NCBI RefSeq assembly: GCF_009914755.1
Contig: NC_060932.1
Origin: the human T2T-CHM13v2.0 reference genome, Homo sapiens
DNA length: 64,000 nt
Direction: 5' to 3' (one strand)
Position 1 is the first letter of the stretch; each line of letters starts with the position of its first letter. Below, in pieces: positions 12,746 to 27,000 of this stretch. The position numbers and the translations under genes were made by a program. The notes below the pieces were generated by a model, which did no database searches, had not been told where the DNA came from, and saw only the letters and a list, made by a program, of their open reading frames with translations.

Positions 12746-15700
12746 AGCATTCGCAGAATCACGTTTGTGATGTGTGCACTCAACTGTCAGAATTGAACCT
12801 TGGTTTGGACAGAGCACTTTTGAAACACTCTTTTTGTAGAATCTGCAGGTGGATATTTGGCTAGCTTTGAGGATTTCGTTGGAAACGGTAATGTCTTCAA
12901 AGAAAATCTAGACAGAAGCATTCTCAGAAACACCTTCGTGATGTTTGCAATCAAGTCACAGAGTTGAACCTTCCGTTTCATAGAGCAGGTTGGAAACACT
13001 CTTTTTGTAGTATCTGGAAGTGGACATTTGGAGGGCTTTGTAGCCTATCTGGAAAATGGAAATATCTTCCCATGAATGCGAGATAGAAGTAATCTCAGAA
13101 ACATGTTTATGCTGTATCTACTCAACTAACTGTGCTGAACATTTCTATTGATAGAGCAGTTTTGAGACACTCTTCTTTTGGAATCTGCAAGTGGATATTT
13201 GGATAGATTTGAGGATTTCGTTGGAAACGGGATTATATATAAAAAGTAGACAGCAGCATTCTCAGAAACTTCTTTGAGATGTTTGCATCCAGCTCTCAGA
13301 GTTGAACATTCCCTTTCATAGAGTAGGTTTGAAACCCTCTTTTTATAGTGTCTGGAAGCGGGCATTTGGAGCGCTTTCAGGCCTATGCTTAAAATAGGAA
13401 ATATCTACCTACAGAAACTAGACAGAAGCATTCTGAGAATCACGTTTGTGATGTGGGTACTCAACTAACAGTGTTGATCCATTCTTTTGATACAGCAGTT
13501 TTGAACCACACTTTTTGTAGAATCTGCAAGAGGATATTTGGATAGCTGTGAGGATTTCGTTGGAAACGGGAATGTCTTCAAAGAAAATCTAGACAGAAGC
13601 ATTCTCAGAAACACCTTCGTGATGTTTGCAATCAAGTCACAGAGTTGAACCTTCCGTTTCATAGAGCAGGTTGGAAACACTCTTATTGTAGTATCTGGAA
13701 GTGGACATTTGGAGCGCTTTCAGGCCTATGGTGAAAAAGGAAATATCTTCCCATAAAAACGACATAGAAGCTATCTCAGGAACTTGTTTATGATGCATCT
13801 AATCAACTAACAGTGTTGAACCTTTGTACTGACAGAGCAGTTTGAAACACTCTTTTTTTGGAATCTGCAAGTGGATATTTGGATCGCTTTGAGGATTTCG
13901 TTGGAAACGGGATGCAATATAAAACGTACACAGCAGCATACTCAGAAAATACTTTGCCATATTTCCATTCAAGTCACAGAGTGGAACATTCCCATTCATA
14001 GAGCAGGTTGGAAACACTCTTTTTGGAGTATCTGGAAGTGGACATTTGGAGCGCTTTCTGAACTATGGTGAAAAAGGAAATATCTTCCAATGAAAACAAG
14101 ACAGAAGCATTCTGAGAAACTTATTTGTGATGTGTGTCCTCAACAAACGGACTTGAACCTTTCGTTTCATGCAGTACTTCTGGAACACTCTTTTTGAAGA
14201 TTCTGCATGCGGATATTTGGATAGCTTTGAGGATTTCGTTGGAAATGGGCTTACATGTAAAAATTAGACAGCAGAATTCTCAGAAACTTCTTTGTGGTGT
14301 CTGCATTCAAGTCACAGAATTGAACTTCCCCTCATATAGAGCAGTTGTGCAGCACTCTATTTGTAGTATCTCGAAGTGGACATTTGGAGGGCTTTGTAGC
14401 CTATCTGGAAAAAGGAAATATCTTCCCATGAATGCGAGATAGAAGTAATCTCAGAAACATGTTTATGCTGTATCTACTCAACTAACTGTGCTGAACATTT
14501 CTATTGATAGAGCAGTTTTGAGACACTCTTCTTTTGGAATCTGCAAGTGGATATTTGGATAGATTTGAGGATTTCGTTGGAAACGGGATTATATATAAAA
14601 AGTAGACAGCAGCATTCTCAGAAACTTCTTTGTGATGTTTGCATCCAGCTCTCAGAGTTGAACATTCCCTTTCATAGAGTAGGTTTGAAACCCTCTTTTT
14701 ATAGTGTCTGGAAGCGGGCATTTGGAGCGCTTTCAGGCCTATGCTTAAAATAGGAAATATCTACCTACAGAAACTAGACAGAAGCATTCTGAGAATCACG
14801 TTTGTGATGTGGGTACTCAACTAACAGTGTTGATCCATTCTTTTGATACAGCAGTTTTGAACCACACTTTTTGTAGAATCTGCAAGAGGATATTTGGATA
14901 GCTGTGAGGATTTCGTTGGAAACGGGAATGTCTTCAAAGAAAATCTAGACAGAAGCATTCTCAGAAACACCTTCGTGATGTTTGCAATCAAGTCACAGAG
15001 TTGAACCTTCCGTTTCATAGAGCAGGTTGGAAACACTCTTATTGTAGTATCTGGAAGTGGACATTTGGAGCGCTTTCAGGCCTATGGTGAAAAAGGAAAT
15101 ATCTTCCCATAAAAACGACATAGAAGCTATCTCAGGAACTTGTTTGTGATGCATCTAATCAACTAACAGTGTTGAACCTTTGTACTGACAGAGCAGTTTG
15201 AAACACTCTTTTTTTGGAATCTGCAAGTGGATATTTGGATCGCTTTGAGGATTTCGTTGGAAACGGGATGCAATATAAAACGTACACAGCGGCATACTCA
15301 GAAAATACTTTGCCATATTTCCATTCAAGTCACAGAGTGGAACATTCCCATTCATGGAGCAGGTTTGAAACACTCTTTTTGGAGTATCTGGAAGTGGACA
15401 TTTGGAGCGCTTTCTGAACTATGGTGAAAAAGGAAATATCTTCCAATGAAAACAAGACAGAAGCATTCTGAGAAACTTATTTGTGATGTGTGTCCTCAAC
15501 AAACGGACTTGAACCTTTCGTTTCATGCAGTACTTCTGGAACACTCTTTTTGAAGATTCTGCATGCGGATATTTGGATTGCTTTGAGGATTTCGTTGGAA
15601 ACGGGCTTACATGTAAAAATTAGACAGCAGCATTCTCAGAAACTTCTTTGTGGTGTCTGCATTCAAGTCACAGAATTGAACTTCCCCTCACATAGAGCAG

Positions 15701-16650
15701 TTGTGCAGCACTCTATTTGTAGTATCTGGAAGTGGACATTTGGAGGGCTTTGTAGCCTATCTGGAAAAAGGAAATATCTTCCCATGAATGCGAGATAGTA
15801 GTAATCTCAGAAACATGTTTATGCTGTATCTACTCAACTAACTGTGCTGAACATTTCTATTGATAGAGCAGTTTTGAGACACTCTTCTTTTGGAATCTGC
15901 AAGTGGATATTTGGATAGATTTGAGGATTTCGTTGGAAACGGGATTATATATAAAAAGTAGACAGCAGCATTCTCAGAAACTTCTTTGTGATGTTTGCAT
16001 CCAGCTCTCAGAGTTGAACATTCCCTTTCATAGAGTAGGTTTGAAACCCTCTTTTTATAGTGTCTGGAAGCGGGCATTTGGAGCGCTTTCAGGCCTATGC
16101 TGAAAAAGGAAATATCTACCTATAGAAACTAGACAGAAGCATTCTGAGAATCACGTTTGTGATGTGGGTACTCAACTAACAGTGTTGATCCATTCTTTTG
16201 ATACAGCAGTTTTGAACCACACTTTTTGTAGAATCTGCAAGTGGATATTTGGATAGCTGTGAGGATTTCGTTGGAAACGGGAATGTCTTCATAGAAAATT
16301 TAGACAGAAGCATTCTCAGAACCTTGATTGTGATGTGTGTTCTCCACTAACAGAGTTGAACCTTTCTTTTGACAGAACTGTTCTGAAACATTCTTTTTAT
16401 AGAATCTGGAAGTGGATATTTGGAAAGCTTTGAGGATTTCGTTGGAAACGGGAATATCTTCAAATCAAATCTAGCCAGAAGCATTCTAAGAAACATCTTA
16501 GGGATGTTTACATTCAAGTCACAGAGTTGAACATTCCCTTTCACAGAGCAGGTTTGAAACAATCTTCTCGTACTATCTGGCAGTGGACATTTTGAGCTCC
16601 TTGGGGCCTATGCTGAAAAAGGAAATATCTTCCGACAAAAACTAGACAGA
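12746..16650 (+). repeat. 23-mer HOR variant (3905 bp = 15-mer + one extra 1356 bp 8-mer)
   Basis: Anchor spacing is 3905. The 8-mer block (g,h,i/a,b,c,d,e,f) occurs twice, at 13088 and 14444. Confidence 0.93.
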
Positions 16651-19199
16651 AGCATTCGCAGAATCACGTTTGTGATGTGTGCACTCAACTGTCAGAATTG
16701 AACCTTGGTTTGGACAGAGCACTTTTGAAACACTCTTTTTGTAGAATCTGCAGGTGGATATTTGGCTAGCTTTGAGGATTTCGTTGGAAACGGGAATGTC
16801 TTCAAAGAAAATCTAGACAGAAGCATTCTCAGAAACACCTTCGTGATGTTTGCAATCAAGTCACAGAGTTGAACCTTCCGTTTCATAGAGCAGGTTGGAA
16901 ACACTCTTTTTGTAGTATCTGGAAGTGGACATTTGGAGGGCTTTGTAGCCTATCTGGAAAAAGGAAATATCTTCCCATGAATGCGAGATAGAAGTAATCT
17001 CAGAAACATGCTTATGCTGTATCTACTCAACTAACTGTGCTGAACATTTCTATTGATAGAGCAGTTTTGAGACACTCTTCTTTTGGAATCTGCAAGTGGA
17101 TATTTGGAGAGATTTGAGGATTTCGTTGGAAACGGGATTATATATAAAAAGTAGACAGCAGCATTCTCAGAAACTTCTTTGTGATGTTTGCATCCAGCTC
17201 TCAGAGTTGAACATTCCCTTTCATAGAGTAGGTTTGAAACCCTCTTTTTATAGTGTCTGGAAGCGGGCATTTGGAGCGCTTTCAGGCCTATGCTTAAAAT
17301 AGGAAATATCTACCTACAGAAACTAGACAGAAGCATTCTGAGAATCACGTTTGTGATGTGGGTACTCAACTAACAGTGTTGATCCATTCTTTTGATACAG
17401 CAGTTTTGAACCACACTTTTTGTAGAATCTGCAAGAGGATATTTGGATAGCTGTGAGGATTTCGTTGGAAACGGGAATGTCTTCAAAGAAAATCTAGACA
17501 GAAGCATTCTCAGAAACACCTTCGTGATGTTTGCAATCAAGTCACAGAGTTGAACCTTCCGTTTCATAGAGCAGGTTGGAAACACTCTTATTGTAGTATC
17601 TGGAAGTGGACATTTGGAGCGCTTTCAGGCCTATGGTGAAAAAGGAAATATCTTCCCATAAAAACGACATAGAAGCTATCTCAGGAACTTGTTTATGATG
17701 CATCTAATCAACTAACAGTGTTGAACCTTTGTACTGACAGAGCAGTTTGAAACACTCTTTTTTTGGAATCTGCAAGTGGATATTTGGATCGCTTTGAGGA
17801 TTTCGTTGGAAACGGGATGCAATAAAAAACGTACACAGCAGCATACTCAGAAAATACTTTGCCATATTTCCATTCAAGTCACAGAGTGGAACATTCCCAT
17901 TCATAGAGCAGGTTTGAAACACTCTTTTTGGAGTATCTGGAAGTGGACATTTGGAGCGCTTTCTGAACTATGGTGAAAAAGGAAATATCTTCCAATGAAA
18001 ACAAGACAGAAGCATTCTGAGAAACTTATTTGTGATGTGTGTCCTCAACAAACGGACTTGAACCTTTCGTTTCATGCAGTACTTCTGGAACACTCTTTTT
18101 GAAGATTCTGCATGCGGATATTTGGATAGCTTTGAGGATTTCGTTGGAAACGGGCTTACATGTAAAAATTAGACAGCAGCATTCTCAGAAACTTCTTTCT
18201 GGTGTCTGCATTCAAGTCACAGAATTGAACTTCCCCTCACATAGAGCAGTTGTGCAGCACTCTATTTGTAGTATCTCGAAGTGCACATTTGGAGGGCTTT
18301 GTAGCCTATCTGGAAAAAGGAAATATCTTCCCATGAATGCGAGATAGAAGTAATCTCAGAAACATGTTTATGCTGTATCTACTCAACTAACTGTGCTGAA
18401 CATTTCTATTGATAGAGCAGTTTTGAGACACTCTTCTTTTGGAATCTGCAAGTGGATATTTGGATAGATTTGAGGATTTCGTTGGAAACGGGATTATATA
18501 TCAAAAGCAGACAGCAGCATTCTCAGAAACTTCTTTGTGATGTTTGCATCCAGCTCTCAGAGTTGAACATTCCCTTTCATAGAGTAGGTTTGAAACCCTC
18601 TTTTTATAGTGTCTGGAAGCGGGCATTTGGAGCGCTTTCAGGCCTATGCTGAAAAAGGAAATATCTACCTATAGAAACTAGACAGAAGCATTCTGAGAAT
18701 CACGTTTGTGATGTGGGTACTCAACTAACAGTGTTGATCCATTCTTTTGATACAGCAGTTTTGAACCACACTTTTTGTAGAATCTGCAAGTGGATATTTG
18801 GATAGCTGTGAGGATTTCCTTGGAAACGGGAATGTCTTCATAGAAAATTTAGACAGAAGCATTCTCAGAACCTTGATTGTGATGTGTGTTCTCCACTAAC
18901 AGAGTTGAACCTTTCTTTTGACAGAACTGTTCTGAAACATTCTTTTTATAGAATCTGGAAGTGGATATTTGGAAAGCTTTGAGGATTTCGTTGGAAACGG
19001 GAATATCTTCAAATAAAATCTAGCCAGAAGCATTCTAAGAAACATCTTAGGGATGTTTACATTCAAGTCACAGAGTTGAACATTCCCTTTCACAGAGCAG
19101 GTTTGAAACAATCTTCTCGTACTATCTGGCAGTGGACATTTTGAGCTCCTTGGGGCCTATGCTGAAAAAGGAAATATCTTCCGACAAAAACTAGACAGA
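16651..19199 (+). repeat. 15-mer HOR with several private SNVs
   Basis: Anchor spacing is 2549. Private variants lie near 17011, 18199, 18284 and 18819. Confidence 0.93.
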
Positions 19200-21067
19200 A
19201 GCATTCGCAGAATCACGTTTGTGATGTGTGCACTAAACTGTCAGAATTGAACCTTGGTTTGGACAGAGCACTTTTGAAACACTCTTTTTGTAGAATCTGC
19301 AGGTGGATATTTGGCTAGCTTTGAGGATTTCGTTGGAAACGGTAATGTCTTCAAAGAAAATCTAGACAGAAGCATTCTCAGAAACACCTTCGTGATGTTT
19401 GCAATCAAGTCACAGAGTTGAACCTTCCGTTTCATACAGCAGGTTGGAAACACTCTTTTTGTAGTATCTGGAAGTGGACATTTGGAGCGCTTTAAGGCCT
19501 ATGGTGAAAAAGGAAATATCTTCCCATAAAAACGACATAGAAGCTATCTCAGGAACTTGTTTATGATGCATCTAATCAACTAACAGTGTTGAACCTTTGT
19601 ACTGACAGAGCAGTTTGAAACACTCTTTTTTTGGAATCTGCAAGTGGATATTTGGATCGCTTTGAGGATTTCGTTGGAAACGGGATGCAATATAAAACGT
19701 ACACAGCAGCATACTCAGAAAATACTTTGCCATATTTCCATTCAAGTCACAGAGTGGAACATTCCCATTCATAGAGCAGGTTTGAAACACACTTTTTGGA
19801 GTATCTGGAAGTGGACATTTGGAGCGCTTTCTGAACTATGGTGAAAAAGGAAATATCTTCCAATGAAAACAACACAGAAGCATTCTGAGAAACTTATTTG
19901 TGATGTGTGTCCTCAACAAACGGACTTGAACCTTTCGTTTCATGCAGTACTTCTGGAACACTCTTTTTGAAGATTCTGCATGCGGATATTTGGATAGCTT
20001 TGAGGATTTCGTTGGAAACGGGCTTACATGTAAAAATTAGACAGCAGCATTCTCAGAAACTTCTTTGTGGTGTCTGCATTCAAGTCACAGAATTGAACTT
20101 CCCCTCACATAGAGCAGTTGTGCAGCACTCTATTTGTAGTATCTCGAAGTGGACATTTGGAGGGCTTTGTAGCCTATCTGGAAAAAGGAAATATCTTCCC
20201 ATGAATGCGAGATAGAAGTAATCTCAGAAACATGTTTATGCTGTATCTACTCAACTAACTGTGCTGAACATTTCTATTGATAGAGCAGTTTTGAGACACT
20301 CTTCTTTTGGAATCTGCAAGTGGATATTTGGATAGATTTGAGGATTTCGTTGGAAACGGGATTATATATAAAAAGTAGACAGCAGCATTCTCAGAAACTT
20401 CTTTGTGATGTTTGCATCCAGCTCTCAGAGTTGAACATTCCCTTTCATAGAGTAGGTTTGAAACCCTCTTTTTATAGTGTCTGGAAGCGGGCATTTGGAG
20501 CGCTTTCAGGCCTATGCTGAAAAAGGAAATATCTACCTATAGAAACTAGACAGAAGCATTCTGAGAATCACGTTTGTGATGTGGGTACTCAACTAACAGT
20601 GTTGATCCATTCTTTTGATACAGCAGTTTTGAACCACACTTTTTGTAGAATCTGCAAGTGGATATTTGGATAGCTGTGAGGATTTCGTTGGAAATGGGAA
20701 TGTCTTCATAGAAAATTTAGACAGAAGCATTCTCAGAACCTTGATTGTGATGTGTGTTCTCCACTAACAGAGTTGAACCTTTCTTTAGACACAACTGTTC
20801 TGAAACATTCTTTTTATAGAATCTGGAAGTGGATATTTGGAAAGCTTTGAGGATTTCGTTGGAAACGGGAATATCTTCAAATAAAATCTAGCCAGAAGCA
20901 TTCTAAGAAACATCTTAGGGATGTTTACATTCAAGTCACAGAGTTGAACATTCCCTTTCACAGAGCAGGTTTGAAACAATCTTCTCGTACTATCTGGCAG
21001 TGGACATTTTGAGCTCCTTGGGGCCTATGCTGAAAAAGGAAATATCTTCCGACAAAAACTAGACAGA
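19200..21067 (+). repeat. 11-mer HOR (1868 bp; a,b,c,d,e,f,g,h,i,j,k), no hybrid monomers
   Basis: Anchor spacing is 1868. Monomer a is followed directly by a complete b monomer (tail ...GGAGCGCTTTAAGGCCTATGGTGAAAAAGG...AAACGACATAG) and then c. It lacks the 681 bp 4-mer. Confidence 0.93.
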
Positions 21068-24000
21068 AGCATTCGCAGAATCACGTTTGTGATGTGTGCA
21101 CTCAACTGTCAGAATTGAACCTTGGTTTGGACAGAGCACTTTTGAAACACTCTTTTTGTAGAATCTGCAGGTGGATATTTGGCTAGCTTTGAGGATTTCG
21201 TTGGAAACGGTAATGTCTTCAAAGAAAATCTAGACAGAAGCATTCTCAGAAACACCTTCGTGATGTTTGCAATCAAGTCACAGAGTTGAACCTTCCGTTT
21301 CATAGAGCAGGTTGGAAACACACTTTTTGTAGTATCTGGAAGTGGACATTTGGAGGGCTTTGTAGCCTATCTGGAAAAAGGAAATATCTTCCCATGAATG
21401 CGAGATAGAAGTAATCTCAGAAACATGTTTATGCTGTATCTACTCAACTAACTGTGCTGAACATTTCTATTGATAGAGCAGTTTTGAGACACTCTTCTTT
21501 TGGAATCTGCAAGTGGATATTAGGATAGATTTGAGGATTTCGTTGGAAACGGGATTATATATAAAAAGTAGACAGCAGCATTCTCAGAAACTTCTTTGTG
21601 ATGTTTGCATCCAGCTCTCAGAGTTGAGCATTCCCTTTCATAGAGTAGGTTTGAAACCCTCTTTTTATAGTGTCTGGAAGCGGGCATTTGGAGCGCTTTC
21701 AGGCCTATGCTTAAAATAGGAAATATCTACCTACAGAAACTAGACAGAAGCATTCTGAGAATCACGTTTGTGATGTGGGTACTCAACTAACAGTGTTGAT
21801 CCATTCTTTTGATACAGCAGTTTTGAACCACACTTTTTGTAGAATCTGCAAGAGGATATTTGGATAGCTGTGAGGATTTCGTTGGAAACGGGAATGTCTT
21901 CAAAGAAAATCTAGACAGAAGCATTCTCAGAAACACCTTCGTGATGTTTGCAATCAAGTCACAGAGTTGAACCTTCCGTTTCATAGAGCAGGTTGGAAAC
22001 ACTCTTATTGTAGTATCTGGAAGTGGACATTTGGAGCGCTTTCAGGCCTATGGTGAAAAAGGAAATATCTTCCCATAAAAACGACATAGAAGCTATCTCA
22101 GGAACTTGTTTATGATGCATCTAATCAACTAACAGTGTTGAACCTTTGTACTGACAGAGCAGTTTGAAACACTCTTTTTTTGGAATCTGCAAGTGGATAT
22201 TTGGATCGCTTTGAGGATTTCGTTGGAAACGGGATGCAATATAAAACGTACACAGCAGCATACTCAGAAAATACTTTGCCATATTTCCATTCAAGTCACA
22301 GAGTGGAACATTCCCATTCATAGAGCAGGTTGGAAACACTCTTTTTGGAGTATCTGGAAGTGGACATTTGGAGCGCTTTCTGAACTATGGTGAAAAAGGA
22401 AATATCTTCCAATGAAAACAAGACAGAAGCATTCTGAGAAACTTATTTGTGATGTGTGTCCTCAACAAACGGACTTGAACCTTTCGTTTCATGCAGTACT
22501 TCTGGAACACTCTTTTTGAAGATTCTGCATGCGGATATTTGGATAGCTTTGAGGATTTCGTTGGAAACGGGCTTACATGTAAAAATTAGACAGCAGCATT
22601 CTCAGAAACTTCTTTGTGGTGTCTGCATTCAAGTCACAGAATTGAACTTCCCCTCACATAGAGCAGTTGTGCAGCACTCTATTTGTAGTATCTGGAAGTG
22701 GACATTTGGAGGGCTTTGTAGCCTATCTGGAAAAAGGAAATATCTTCCCATGAATGCGAGATAGAAGTAATCTCAGAAACATGTTTATGCTGTATCTACT
22801 CAACTAACTGTGCTGAACATTTCTATTGATAGAGCAGTTTTGAGACACTCTTCTTTTGGAATCTGCAAGTGGATATTTGGATAGATTTGAGGATTTCGTT
22901 GGAAACGGGATTATATATAAAAAGTAGACAGCAGCATTCTCAGAAACTTCTTTGTGATGTTTGCATCCAGCTCTCAGAGTTGAACATTCCCTTTCATAGA
23001 GTAGGTTTGAAACCCTCTTTTTATAGTGTCTGGAAGCGGGCATTTGGAGCGCTTTCAGGCCTATGCTGAAAAAGGAAATATCTACGTATAGAAACTAGAC
23101 AGAAGCATTCTGAGAATCACGTTTGTGATGTGGGTACTCAACTAACAGTGTTGATCCATTCTTTTGATACAGCAGTTTTGAACCACACTTTTTGTAGAAT
23201 CTGCAAGAGGATATTTGGATAGCTGTGAGGATTTCGTTGGAAACGGGAATGTCTTCATAGAAAATTTAGACAGAAGCATTCTCAGAACCTTGATTGTGAT
23301 GTGTGTTCTCCACTAACAGAGTTGAACCTTTCTTTTGACAGAACTGTTCTGAAACATTCTTTTTATAGAATCTGGAAGTGGATATTTGGAAAGCTTTGAG
23401 GATTTCGTTGGAAACGGGAATATCTTCAAATAAAATCTAGCCAGAAGCATTCTAAGAAACATCTTAGGGATGTTTACATTCAAGTCACAGAGTTGAACAT
23501 TCCCTTTCACAGAGCAGGTTTGAAACAATCTTCTCGTACTATCTGGCAGTGGACATTTTGAGCTCCTTGGGGCCTATGCTGAAAAAGGAAATATCTTCCG
23601 ACAAAAACTAGACAGAAGCATTCGCAGAATCACGTTTGTGATGTGTGCACTCAACTGTCAGAATTGAACCTTGGTTTGGACAGAGCACTTTTGAAACACT
23701 CTTTTTGTAGAATCTGCAGGTGGATATTTGGCTAGCTTTGAGGATTTCGTTGGAAACGGGAATGTCTTCAAAGAAAATCTAGACAGAAGCATTCTCAGAA
23801 ACACCTTCGTGATGTTTGCAATCAAGTCACAGAGTTGAACCTTCCGTTTCATAGAGCAGGTTGGAAACACTCTTTTTGTAGTATCTGGAAGTGGACATTT
23901 GGAGGGCTTTGTAGCCTATCTGGAAAAAGGAAATATCTTCCCATGAATGCGAGATAGAAGTAATCTCAGAAACATGTTTATGCTGTATCTACTCAACTAA

Positions 24001-27000
24001 CTGTGCTGAACATTTCTATTGATAGAGCAGTTTTGAGACACTCTTCTTTTGGAATCTGCAAGTGGATATTTGGATAGATTTGAGGATTTCTTTGGAAACG
24101 GGATTATATATAAAAAGTAGACAGCAGCATTCTCAGAAACTTCTTTGTGATGTTTGCATCCAGCTCTCAGAGTTGAGCATTCCCTTTTATAGAGTAGGTT
24201 TGAAACCCTCTTTTTATAGTGTCTGGAAGCGGGCATTTGGAGCGCTTTCAGGCCTATGCTTAAAATAGGAAATATCTACCTACAGAAACTAGACAGAAGC
24301 ATTCTGAGAATCACGTTTGTGATGTGGGTACTCAACTAACAGTGTTGATCCATTCTTTTGATACAGCAGTTTTGAACCACACTTTTTGTAGAATCTGCAA
24401 GAGGATATTTGGATAGCTGTGAGGATTTCGTTGGAAAGGGGAATGTCTTCAAAGAAAATCTAGACAGAAGCATTCTCAGAAACACCTTCGTGATGTTTGC
24501 AATCAAGTCACAGAGTTGAACCTTCCGTTTCATAGAGCAGGTTGGAAACACTCTTATTGTAGTATCTGGAAGTGGACATTTGGAGCGCTTTCAGGCCTAT
24601 GGTGAAAAAGGAAATATCTTCCCATAAAAACGACATAGAAGCTATCTCAGGAACTTGTTTATGATGCATCTAATCAACTAACAGTGTTGAACCTTTGTAC
24701 TGACAGAGCAGTTTGAAACACTCTTTTTTTGGAATCTGCAAGTGGATATTTGGATCGCTTTGAGGATTTCGTTGGAAACGGGATGCAATATAAAACGTAC
24801 ACAGCAGCATACTCAGAAAATACTTTGCCATATTTCCATTCAAGTCACAGAGTGGAACATTCCCATTCATAGAGCAGGTTGGAAACACTCTTTTTGGAGT
24901 ATCTGGAAGTGGACATTTGGAGCGCTTTCTGAACTATGGTGAAAAAGGAAATATCTTCCAATGAAAACAAGACAGAAGCATTCTGAGAAACTTATTTGTG
25001 ATGTGTGTCCTCAACAAACGGACTTGAACCTTTCGTTTCATGCAGTACTTCTGGAACACTCTTTTTGAAGATTCTGCATGCGGATATTTGGATAGCTTTG
25101 AGGATTTCGTTGGAAACGGGCTTACATGTAAAAATTAGACAGCAGCATTCTCAGAAACTTCTTTGTGGTGTCTGCATTCAAGTCACAGAATTGAACTTCC
25201 CCTCACATAGAGCAGTTGTGCAGCACTCTATTTGTAGTATCTGGAAGTGGACATTTGGAGGGCTTTGTAGCCTATCTGGAAAAAGGAAATATCTTCCCAT
25301 GAATGCGAGATAGAAGTAATCTCAGAAACATGTTTATGCTGTATCTACTCAACTAACTGTGCTGAACATTTCTATTGATAGAGCAGTTTTGAGACACTCT
25401 TCTTTTGGAATCTGCAAGTGGATATTTCGATAGATTTGAGGATTTCGTTGGAAACGGGATTATATATAAAAAGTAGACAGCAGCATTCTCAGAAACTTCT
25501 TTGTGATGTTGGCATCCAGCTCTCAGAGTTGAACATTCCCTTTCATAGAGTAGGTTTGAAACCCTCTTTTTATAGTGTCTGGAAGCGGGCATTTGGAGCG
25601 ATTTCAGGCCTATGCGGAAAAAGGAAATATCTACCTATAGAAACTAGACAGAAGCATTCTGAGAATCACGTTTGTGATGTGGGTACTCAACTAACAGTGT
25701 TGATCCATTCTTTTGATACACCAGTTTTGAACCACACTTTTTGTAGAATCTGCAAGTGGATATTTGGATAGCTGTGAGGATTTCGTTGGAAACGGGAATG
25801 TCTTCATAGAAAATTTAGACAGAAACATTCTCAGAACCTTGATTGTGATGTGTGTTCTCCACTAACAGAGTTGAACCTTTCTTTTGACAGAACTGTTCTG
25901 AAACATTCTTTTTATAGAATCTGGAAGTGGATATTTGGAAAGCTTTGAGGATTTCGTTGGAAACGGGAATATCTTCAAATCAAATCTAGCCAGAAGCATT
26001 CTAAGAAACATCTTAGGGATGTTTACATTCAAGTCACAGAGTTGAACATTCCCTTTCACAGAGCAGGTTTGAACCAATCTTCTCGTACTATCTGGCAGTG
26101 GACATTTTGAGCTCCTTGGGGCCTATGCTGAAAAAGGAAATATCTTCCGACAAAAACTAGACAGAAGCATTCGCAGAATCACGTTTGTGATGTGTGCACT
26201 CAACTGTCAGAATTGAACCTTGGTTTGGACAGAGCACTTTTGAAACACTCTCTTTGTAGAATCTGCAGGTGGATATTTGGCTAGCTTTGAGGATTTCGTT
26301 GGAAACGGTAATGTCTTCAAAGAAAATCTAGACAGAAGCATTCTCAGAAACACCTTCGTGATATTTGCAATCAAGTCACAGAGTTGAACCTTCCGTTTCA
26401 TAGAGCAGGTTGGAAACACTCTTTTTGTAGTATCTGGAAGTGGACATTTGGAGGGCTTTGTAGCCTATCTGGAAAAAGGAAATATCTTCCCATGAATGCG
26501 AGATAGAAGTAATCTCAGAAACATGTTTATGCTGTATCTACTCAACTAACTGTGCTGAACATTTCTATTGATAGAGCAGTTTTGAGACACTCTTCTTTTG
26601 GAATCTGCAAGTGGATATTTGGATAGATTTGAGGATTTCGTTGGAAACGGGATTATATACAAAAAGTAGACAGCAGCATTCTCAGAAACTTCTTTGTGAT
26701 GTTTGCATCCAGCTCTCAGAGTTGAGCATTCCCTTTCATAGAGTAGGTTTGAAACCCTCTTTTTATAGTGTCTGGAAGCGGGCATTTGGAGCGCTTTCAG
26801 GCCTATGCTTAAAATAGGAAATATCTACCTACAGAAACTAGACAGAAGCATTCTGAGAATCACGTTTGTGATGTGGGTACTCAACTAACAGTGTTGATCC
26901 ATTCTTTTGATACAGCAGTTTTGAACCACACTTTTTGTAGAATCTGCAAGAGGATATTTGGATAGCTGTGAGGATTTCGTTGGAAACGGGAATGTCTTCA

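Noticed and set aside
25418-25771. Longer 117 aa ORF (again at 49882-50235)
   Set aside because: It is created by a single TGA>GGA SNV (GCTGAA>GCGGAA) in a duplicated block. It is a lineage marker, not a gene.
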